NCBI GenBank assembly: GCA_951406725.2
Contig: OX597824.1
Span: 23,870,001 to 23,934,000 of the forward strand
Direction of reading: 5' to 3'
Length of the DNA stretch: 64,000 nt
From: Octopus vulgaris
Lineage: Eukaryota
The translations under genes were made by a program, and so were the position numbers. Positions 53,974 through 64,000 of the stretch are shown here, piece after piece; the stretch's first letter is position 1; every line of letters begins with the position of its first letter. The notes under the pieces were generated by a model. It worked only from the letters and a program-made list of their open reading frames with translations, did no database searches and was not told where the DNA came from.

Positions 53974-55383
53974 TATTCTTGTTGTTGTTGTTGTTGTTGT
54001 TGGTGGTGGTGGAATTGTTAATAGTGTTATTATTGGTTCTGTTGGTGTTAGTGATAGCGGCGGTGTTGGTATTGGTGTCGGCGGTGACGGCGACGGCGGC
54101 GGCGGCGGTGGGGGTGGTGGTGATGGTGGTGGTGGTGGTGGTGGTGGTGGTAGTGATGATTGTGAGGTGGTAGTGGTGATGGTGGTGAGGTGGTGGTGGT
54201 AGTGGTGATGGTGATGGTGGTGTTGGTGCCGGTGGCGGGTGGTGGTGGTGGTGGTGGTGATGGTGGTGAGGTGGTGGTGGTAGTGGTGGTGGTGGTAGTG
54301 GTATGGTGATGGTGGTAGTGGTGGTGGCGGTGATGGGTGCGGGGGTGTTAGTGGTGGTGGGGGGGGGTACCGTTGTTGTTGTTGACGGGGTAGGTGTTGT
54401 TGTTTCTGCTGGGAGGTGGGGGTTGGTGGCGCTGTTGTTGGACTTTATCGTTATAGTGGTATTGGTGGTTGGTATTAGTGGTGCTGTGGGTGGTAGTGGT
54501 GGTGGCACTGCAGTAGCCTTGGTGGTAGTGTTGATGCTGATGTCTGTGGTGGTGGTGGTGGTGGTGGTTATGGCGGTGGTGGTTGGTCATATCTAGTGGC
54601 AATATTGATGTTGTTGTTGTTGTTGTCGGTGGTGGTAGTGTTGGTTTTTCTGTCTCAATCGGGATGCAGGTGCTGGATGTGATGGTGGTGGTAGCGATAA
54701 AATTTGGTGGTGGTGGTGGTGGTGGTGGTGGTAGTGCTGGTGGTGATAGTTGTGAGGTGGTGGTGGTGATTGTGGTGAGGTGGTGGTGGTGATGGTGGTG
54801 TTGGTGCCGGCGGCGGTAGTGGTGGTGGTGGTGGTAGCGGTGGTGGTGATGGTTGTGAGGTGGTGGTGGTGGTGGTGGTGGTGGTGGTTTTTGGTGGTGG
54901 TGGTGGTGGTAAGTGTACTAAGGTGGTAGCTTGTTTGGTACGAGTGGTGGTGACTTGAATTGTTTGGGTGGTAGAGTAGAGCTGTCTATAATTGTATCAG
55001 AAATATATTGAGATTCAGTGAATGAGTGTGTATTATATGGGTGTGTATGTTGTGTGCGTGTATGTGTGTATGCTATTAGTGTGCGTGTGTGTGTGTGTGT
55101 GTGTGTATGCGAGTGTTATGTAATAGATCAAATCGGTGAAGAAGATAACAAGATGATGACGAGGATGGCGAGTGTAGTTGTGGTCGTCAAGGTAATGATG
55201 ATGAGGAGGAGGAGGAGAAGAAGGAGGGGATGATGATGATGATGGTGGTGGTGGTGGGGGGGGGGTTGTGGTGGTGAAGAAGAAGAAGAAGAAGAAGAAG
55301 AAGAAGAAGAAGAAGAAGAAGCAGAAGAAGATTTTAACTATGATGATGATGAAGATGATGATGACGACGGTGATGATGATGAC

Positions 55384-55416
<33 letters not shown>

Positions 55417-55650
55417 GGTGGTGGTTATGGTGATGTGATGGTGGTAGTGGTGGTGGTGGTGATGGTGGTGATGGCGGTGGTGGTGGTGGTGATGGTGGTG
55501 ATGGCGGTGGTGGTGGTGGTGATGGTGAAGATGACGATGATGATGACGACGACGACGACGACGACGACGATGATGATGATGATGATGATGATGACGATGA
55601 CGGTGAAGACACGAAATGGTTGATGCTGCCGCTGATGATGATGATGATGC
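53825..55650. repeat. Mixed (GGT/GCT/GTT/GAT/GAA)n low-complexity fields
   Basis: Seen directly; internal duplication of gtgaggtggtggtgg..gtgttggtgccgg. Confidence 0.9.
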
Positions 55651-55826
55651 GCAGGCACAATAAAAAGAAAGGAGACAGAGACAAAGGAGACGAAGAAGCA
55701 GTCAATGGAAAAGGGAGGGAATCGCAGTGATGCTGACAATCACGTGTTCTTGGGGGAGACACAAGCGACACCTACACTTTTCCAACCCTACAGATACACC
55801 AGCCTTCACCATCACCCACCCACACA

Positions 55827-55866
<40 letters not shown>

Positions 55867-56516
55867 CACACACACACACATACATACACACAGGTACATT
55901 CATCATATGAAACAGATACAGGTGCGTGTATCGTTACATATCAACAAATTAATTATAGCATCGTAATGAAGTTAATTTAAGATTATTGTTGTTTATGTTA
56001 CTTTTACAGAATTGTTTACGACCACGTGGGTATAGCTGATTAATGCTTGAAGACATCATTTTACAGCTGCATGGTTCGAGGTTCGCCCGCGCTGTACAGC
56101 AGGCACCTCAGGTAACCATCGTACTTTTGTGAATTTACTTTAGAAGGTGGAACAGGAGGTCATTCGAAACGCGGAGAAGATAAAACAGGGAACAACTGAT
56201 AAAGGGAATGTTCTTTTTGTTGCATGTCTCGTTTCTAAGTTTTGTTTTTTTTTTGTTTTTTTTTCTTTGTTCGAAAAAAAGTTCGTTTTCTATATTTTTG
56301 TTTTTACTTCAAATTTTTATAAAATTTTACTGATATTTGATAAGATGTGATTCATCAATACCGGTAATATTTTCTTTATATAATAATTTTTAAAAAATAA
56401 TTCTTATTAAATTCCCTCTTAAATTGAAATGTCTTAGACTTACTTCTGTGCTATTTCCACCTCCATCTTTTATATATAAAAATCTGATTTGAATAGATCT
56501 CTAATCTCTTTTCAAC

Positions 56517-56638
<122 letters not shown>

Positions 56639-56795
56639 AGGAGGAGAATTCACAAAAAAAAAAATCAAAAGACGAAGACAGTTGGTATTAGTATAACGCT
56701 CGGGAAGTGAAAAATTCTTTAACGTTTCGAGCCTACGCTCTTCTGCAGAAAGAAACAAGGAGAGAAAATAACGAATGTGTAGTGGCTGGCGATGC

Positions 56796-56880
<85 letters not shown>

Positions 56881-57401
56881 GCATACATACATACATACAT
56901 ACATACATACATAATACATACATACATGCATACATACATAATACATACATACATACATACATACATACATACATACATACATGGGAGATTCTGTACAATT
57001 CTGGCACTATATTTCACAAACCATGCATTGGTGGGATTTTTTCTTAGACTACGGAGGAAACGTTTACGCAATGACCCGTATAAGGGGTTCGAACACAAAA
57101 CTGCCTGGTTGCAACGTAAGCTTCTTTACTGCGTCACCATAACTAACCCCCACCTCATCTACTCATTCAAAATATTGATTTCTAGCACAGGCACAAGGCC
57201 TTGTGTGGCAGAGGATATAATCGATTAAAATGACCCCATTATGTGACTGGTACTTCATAATGTAATGTAAGATCTAATGTAAAGTTGTACTCGATAACAT
57301 TTGCTATCAGAACGCGAAGAAACGCATCTGAAGGTCGTCATGCATTTGCACCAAGATTTGGATATTAAATTCCGCATTTACAGCCTTCCAATGGAAGCTC
57401 C

Positions 57402-57610
57402 GAAGGCGGTGAGGGTGGCAGAATCGTAATCACGCCGGACAAAATGCTTGGCAGCATTTCTTCCGGCTCTTTTACGTCATGAATTTAACTCCTGCCGGGT
57501 TTGTGATTTGAACTTCCATCTTTTCGGGTTCGATAAAGTAAAGTAAAGTACAAACCAAGTACTTGAGGTGGAACGCAATCGACTTGCTCCCTCGCTCAAA
57601 ATTGCTGGCT
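57402..57610 (+). mobile_element. SINE B', old
   Basis: gaaggcggtgag..ggcagaatcg..catcttttcgggttcgataaa. Confidence 0.7.
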
Positions 57611-57764
57611 TTCAACGTTGCAACGGACCGTTATTTCCTTCAGAAGAAATGTGGTCTTGATGTGATGGAAACCGGGTAACCTGCCCTAAAGGATCCCCCC
57701 CACCCAAAAAAACAAATGTGGGGGAGCAAAAATAGAAGTCCCTCCATCTCTGTTTCTCAAAGGA

Positions 57765-58146
57765 TGGATGGAAGCACTCCGTCGGTTACGACGACGAGGG
57801 TTCCGGTTGATCCTAATCAACGGAACAGCCTGCTCGTGAAATTAACGTGTAAGTGGCTGAGCACTCCACAGACACGTGTACCCTTTAACGTAGTTCTCGG
57901 GGAGATTCAGCGTGACACAGAGAGTGACAAGGCCGGCCCTTTGAAATACAGGTACAACAGAAACAGGAAGTAAGAGTGAGAGAAAGTTGTGGTGAAAGAG
58001 TACAGCAGGTATCACCTGCCGGAGCCTCGTGGAGCTTTAAGGTGTTTTCGCTCAATAAACACTCACAACGCCCGGTCGGGGAATCGAAACCGCGATCCTA
58101 TGACCGCGAGTCCGCTGCCCTAACCAGTGGGCCATTGCGCCTCCAC
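57765..58146 (-). mobile_element. SINE family C, full length
   Basis: 12-bp TSD tttctcaaagga (57753-64, 58147-58). Confidence 0.92.
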
Positions 58147-58319
58147 TTTCTCAAAGGAGCTCAGCTTCAAATCTTAAGTATTATCTCTCCTACTGAAGTG
58201 CACCCGAACTCATTGTAATCACTTATTTGTTTATTTTGATTGACTGCTTAAAGCGTGGCTAAAAACGTACAGATACAAATATTGCAAATATGTTTTAATG
58301 TAAATTCATTTCGTTACAT

Positions 58320-58652
58320 TTGGCTCAGTGGTTAGAGCGTCGAGCTTACGATCGTGAGGTTGTGAGCACGAATCCCGGACCGGGCTGCGTGTTGTGTTCT
58401 TGAGCAAAGCACTTTATTTCACGTTGCTCCAGTTCACTCAGCTGTAGGAATGAGTTGCGACGTCACTGGTGCCAAGCTGTATCGGTCCCTTTGCCTTTCC
58501 CTTGGATAACACTGGTGGCGTGGAGAGGGGAGGCTGGTATGCATGGGCGACTGCATACCATAAAAACAACCTTGCCCGGACTTGTGTCTAGGAGGGTAAC
58601 TTTCTAGGTGCAATCCCATGGTCATTCATGACCGAAGGGGGTCTTTACCCTT
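58320..58652 (+). mobile_element. SINE family D-like
   Basis: tggctcagtggttagagcg A box; gttgtgttcttgagcaaagcact core. Confidence 0.8.
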
Positions 58653-58688
58653 TAATTTAATTACAGATATTCCAACTGGGGCGCTTGC

Positions 58689-58900
58689 TACCTCAGCCTT
58701 AGCGGAGGTGGTGGTATTGTTTTCAGTCGTCTTTGTTTGTTTGATCGTGGATAAGACATCTCAAGAACCGCTGAATAGATTCGGATGAAAGTTTCAGGGA
58801 TGTTTGGCTTCGTGACTGGCACGAACTGATTAGCCCTTGGGATCGATCCGGCACCGGACAAGGATTCTGGATTATTTTACCTTTTTTACTTAATTTTTGA
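58689..58900. mobile_element. Possible Helentron/DINE-like non-autonomous element end
   Basis: acctc.gc ctta gcggaggt hairpin followed by tattgttttc..gtttgtttg..atctcaagaac..gatgaaa. Confidence 0.4.
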
Positions 58901-59347
58901 GAGCAGTCGGGTTTCAATTTTAGTACTCTCGTTTGTGAGAACAATCGAATTTATTTAAGATATTCTCATTATAAATATCATCTCTGGCTAATCGTTGAGA
59001 GGACGTTGGTGCTGCTTTGTTTTTTTATTTATTTCTTTTAATTAAAGCTGTCTAATTATGAACGTTCTACTTCAGTATCGTGAGGAGAAGGGATAATTAT
59101 TTTTAATGAAGTTTAAGTGATTTGTACTGATTACACCCCTGTACATTACTTATGTATTATTGAGGTATTTATACATACAGCTGATTCATTTTCACACACA
59201 CACACACACACAAATTTAGACACCTTTATAAACCTTTAGAAAAATCCATTTACATACATATATTTCTGTAGTTAAAAGTGTGTGCGTTTGCGCGCGTATA
59301 TGTGTGTGTATGAGTGTGTATGCGCATCAGTGCGTGAGCACACGTGT

Positions 59348-59385
<38 letters not shown>

Positions 59386-60189
59386 ATTACTACCAATTTA
59401 CGATTTAAAGCATTACTACCCATTTAAAGCAGCCGAGCACGGAACATTCTTCAATTCTTCGTTTCATATCATCCTTGATGAAGGACTATTATCCGAAAAG
59501 TTACATTCTCACCCCTTTTCCCCTATAACATGAAATTAATTATCTTGTAGTTCTTTATTTGATTTATTGTCTTTCTTCTTAATATTTAGGTTATACTATG
59601 CGTTGTAATAAAACTCAAATACCGACAACATACATTGAATTTATTATATAAAACAATCAAATTCAGCAATCATCGTGTCTTTTATTATACCAGCAATATT
59701 ATATGAATGGTAATGGGTACACAAGAACTATACGGAAGCCCATCATATATATATTAAAAACATGCGTATCCCGAGCCATATGCCCATACGGCCGGGTTCC
59801 TGGATTCTGTACACTATATATTCAAGCCCGTGCCCCGCCCAACCTAGGACGACGACGCTCCACTGCAGGGAACTCACTTTTGACTCCTCAGTGGATTGGA
59901 CCACCGTGAGTGAGACATATGTGTGTGCGTGTGTAGTATATATATATATATATATATATATGTACGCACTCATATATACATACATATGTATATTATATTG
60001 CATACACATTACAACATAGATATGTGTATGCATGTGTGTGTATCTGTGTGTTTGTATGTGTGAGCATGCAAGTGCGAATCAAAGTGGAGCAGATAGTACT
60101 CGAATACCAGAGGTAGAGTAATATACTTTTTTTTTAATTGAAAAACTATGCAAATTCTGTGCAACTCTTTCCCAAAATTTTTCAGCTTC

Positions 60190-60230
<41 letters not shown>

Positions 60231-60486
60231 CATATACAAGCATATGTGGGTACAGGGCGTCACCAACGGTGCAAATAACATCAAATACGTAAACAAACGA
60301 GGGAAAAACGAGTGAAATACGTAAAAAAAAAAAGAGAGAATGTGGAAAACAGGATAATTTAACACAGAAAATGAACCCGTCATCAGTTGTCGGCTGTCTA
60401 TTTACTCCTCATTTCGAGCATTCGAATTATAATATGTTATTTATTATTTATTCATTAATTGAACGCGACACATCCATTTCCAAGTG

Positions 60487-60542
<56 letters not shown>

Positions 60543-60570
60543 TGTGTGATTGTGTATATACATAGATACC

Positions 60571-60990
60571 TATTTCTTTACTACCCACAAGGGGCTAAAC
60601 ACAGAGGGGACAAACAAGGACAGACAAACGGATGATTAAGTCGATTATATTGACCCCAGTGCGTAACTGGTACTTATTTAATCGACCCCGAAAGGATGAA
60701 AGGCAAAGTCGACCTTGACGGAATTTGAACTCAGAACGTAACAGCAGACGAAATACGTATTTCTTTATTACCCACAAGGGGCTAAACATAGAGGGGACAA
60801 ACAAGGACAGACATAGGTATTAAGTCGATTACATCGACCCCAGTGCGTAACTGGTACTTAATTTATCGACCCCGAAAGGATGAAAGGCAAAGTCGACCTC
60901 GGCGGAATTTGAACTCAGAACGCAACGGCAGACGAAATACCGCTAAGCATTTCGCCCGGTGCGCTAACGATTCTGCCAGCTCGCCGCCTT
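60571..60990 (-). mobile_element. SINE family B dimer
   Basis: Junction gaaatacg|tatttc at ~60757; TSD atacatagatacc (60558-70, 60993-61005). Confidence 0.92.
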
Positions 60991-61185
60991 AAATACATAG
61001 ATACCCACGTGCGCGAGCATGCACACACACACACGCATAGGTGTGCATGTTTTTATGTTTACAGACATGTTTATACTTGCATCTATATTAAGTAATTTAG
61101 AGTTAAGGAATAAATATTTGCAGTCACACATATACAAACACACACACATACACACTCATATATACATATGTATGTGTATATGTAT

Positions 61186-61480
61186 ATCACGTGATCACGT
61201 GACCGACCAGACCATCAGATGTTGTTACACATCGCTGGTCACAATGCGTTCGCATTGTTTTAGCCTTCGAATGAAGCCACCCCGCTGGGTGTGAAGAAAG
61301 AGTGGGAGAAAGAGTGGTGAAAGAGTACAGCAAGGATCGCCACCACCCGCTGCCGGAGCATCGTGGAGCTTTTAGGTGTTTTCGCTCAATAAACACATAC
61401 AACGCCCGGTCTGGGAATCGAAACCTCGATCCTGCGACCGCTAGTCCGCTGCCCTAACCACTAGGCCATTGCGCCTCCAC
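61186..61480 (-). mobile_element. SINE with a family C head and a different 3' part
   Basis: 61300-61480 matches C; 61186-61290 is unrelated to the C tail. Confidence 0.7.
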
Positions 61481-61485
61481 ATATG

Positions 61486-61521
<36 letters not shown>

Positions 61522-62131
61522 TATAGATGTATGTATGTATGTATGTATTTATGCATGATGTATGTATGTATGTATGTATGTATGTATGTATGTATGTATG
61601 TATGTATGTATGTACGTATACGTAGGTCTGTGAGTGTTTCTGCTTCTCCTTCATATATCTTTGATGAATGAAGCCTTGAAAAGAAGGAATTGGTGTGTTT
61701 CGACCCTCAAACCATAACACTTTCCCATTGGCGGATCATCTGTGAGCGCGAAATTGCTGCCTATCCGCTCCACTCCACCTGACTCTAGCTAAGCTCCTAA
61801 TTTTTGTTACATAACAAGCGACAGGCTGTCTTCTACTCTCGCCTTCATTCAGTCTAGTATTTGCTTTCCCCCTTCTTTTGTATTTCACTAGTAATCCTAC
61901 GGTTGTAGGCATTCTCTGTAACGTCTGGGAAGGCATATGTCTGTATGTATACATCAATGCACATACACACACACATACACACACAAATATACATACACAT
62001 AGATATATTTCCATATATACATACATATATATATGTATGTATGTGTGTGTCTGTGCGTGCGAGGCATGCGCGTGTACGTGCGTGTATATACTCAATACAA
62101 TGAGGGACAGTGTGTGTCAATGAGGGACAGA

Positions 62132-62190
<59 letters not shown>

Positions 62191-62282
62191 TATATGTGCA
62201 CACTCATGGTTTGAGGGTCGAAACACACTAATTTCTTCTTTATATGCCTATATACGTAGATAGATGGATATACATACATATA

Positions 62283-62330
<48 letters not shown>

Positions 62331-62798
62331 TATGTGTGTGAATGTGTGTGTGTTTCATTATATCGAATATACTAAGGTGGGTTTTTATTATGAGCATACA
62401 CGTTCGATTATAATTACAGACATGTAGGCTCACATAGCCGCACCTAGCTAGAGAAAACATGTCCATACGCAAACACGCGTTTATATAAATATACACCAGA
62501 CATAAATGTATACAGTTATACAATTACTTTGAAATAAAACCAAATTATACACGCATACAGCCATACTTACACACACATGATATTACGCATGAACTCACAT
62601 GCATATGCTGCATATATACATACACACACATACACACGTATGCATGCATGGAATAGCACATAACCATACACAGGGAAGCACGTACTTTCTGGCAGACACG
62701 GTGGAATCGATACACTAACCTCATCGCGTAATGGGAACTGTGACACGAAGCCACCTCCCTACCACTCAGACACACACATATCTATATCACACAAAAAT

Positions 62799-62829
<31 letters not shown>

Positions 62830-62904
62830 ACACACACGTATCATATATAATATACACGCATGCACGAAGTAAAACTTGGCAATATTCATGACTGTATATA
62901 TGTG

Positions 62905-63125
62905 TATTTCACTACTGCCCACAAGGGGCTAAACACATAAGGGGACAAACGGATTATGTCGATTACATCGACCCCCCCCCCCCAGGGCGTAACTGTTACT
63001 TAATTTATCGGCCCCGAAAGGATGAAAGGCAAAGTCGACCCTCGACGGAATTTGAACTCAGAACGTAACGGCAGACGAAATACCGCAAAGCATTTCGCCC
63101 GGCGTGCTAACGAGTCTGCCAGCTC
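62905..63125 (-). mobile_element. SINE family B monomer
   Basis: TSD gactgtatatatgt (62890-903, 63126-39). Confidence 0.9.
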
Positions 63126-63136
63126 GACTGTATATA

Positions 63137-63204
<68 letters not shown>

Positions 63205-63245
63205 TATCTGTGTGTGTCTGTGATTTTCTCTATGTGTGTATGTAT

Positions 63246-63687
63246 ACTCTTACTCGTTTACTCTTTTATTTTTATCAGTCATGGTTTTTCAGACATGGTT
63301 TTTCAGACCACGCTGGAGCTCCCCCTTTAGTCGAGAAAATCGGCCCCAGGACTTATTCTTTGGAAGCTTAGTACTAAATATATCGGTGTCTCTTGCCGAA
63401 CCGCTAAGTTACGGGGACGTAAACACACCACCATCGGTTGTCAAGCAATGTTGGGGGGGACAAACACAGACGCACAAACACATACTCACACATACACAAA
63501 CACACATATATATATATATATATATACATATATACGACGGGCTCCTTTCACTTTCCGTCTACCAAATCCACTCACAAGGCTTTGGTCGGCACGAGGCTAT
63601 AGTAGAAGACACTTGTCCAAGGTGTCAGGCAGTGGGTCTGAACCTGGAACCACGTGGTTGGTAAGCACGCTACTTACTACACAGCCA
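63246..63687 (-). mobile_element. SINE family A, full length
   Basis: Same layout as other A copies. Confidence 0.88.
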
Positions 63688-63770
63688 TATATACACGCCT
63701 CATGAATTTATATAGAAAAGGATAAACAGAGACAAAGTGATAGATCGATCGATAGATAGATCGATCTATC

Positions 63771-63804
<34 letters not shown>

Positions 63805-63805
63805 C

Positions 63806-63854
<49 letters not shown>

Positions 63855-64000
63855 TCAGTATGCGTGTTCACATTTACACATACATATTAGTATATTTATA
63901 CATATTTAAACATGTGTGCGCGCAACAAATACTATCATTCATAAACGACAAATACTCACAGAAATACACACACACACACACACACTACACACACTACACA

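Noticed and set aside
53582-54508. 308-aa Pro/His/Thr/Ala-rich ORF resembling a transcription-factor low-complexity region
   Set aside because: It is made of (GGT/GCT/GTT)n that drifts between frames, runs into (CA)n and has no domain. The upstream field has stops in the frames I traced. It cannot be excluded without RNA data.
56155-56230. Circularly permuted (type II) hammerhead: cgaaac..ctgataa, with a similar layout at 60370-60425 (-)
   Set aside because: I could not form convincing stems I and III, and the core is mutated.

Overview
This is AT-rich, microsatellite-saturated eukaryotic DNA with no recognisable host protein-coding gene. The repeat landscape suggests a cephalopod (Octopus-like) intron or intergenic region, but that is an inference. 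Almost all supplied ORFs are translations of simple repeats. The real content is a dense transposon ecosystem. It holds at least four tRNA-derived SINE families (labelled A-D here), a young 5'-truncated L1/Tx1-clade LINE (35613-37278), and R4/Dong-, RTE- and Penelope-type remnants. It also holds three non-autonomous Helitrons, Tc1/mariner MITEs, a rearranged mariner fossil, two minisatellites and about 10 minimal hammerhead-ribozyme motifs. The best candidate for an undescribed system is a LINE-SINE pair. SINE family B shares its 3' tail (stem-loop plus AATAAAGAAA) with the Tx1-like LINE. It has roughly 10-17 bp target-site duplications (TSDs) and forms 184-bp head-to-tail arrays joined at one fixed site in its own tRNA head, which suggests self-targeted insertion. 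The second candidate is a retrozyme-like tandem trimer of hammerhead units with a non-canonical core (30250-30826). Coordinates were read by eye and may be off by a few bases. Family assignments come from remembered motifs, not database searches.
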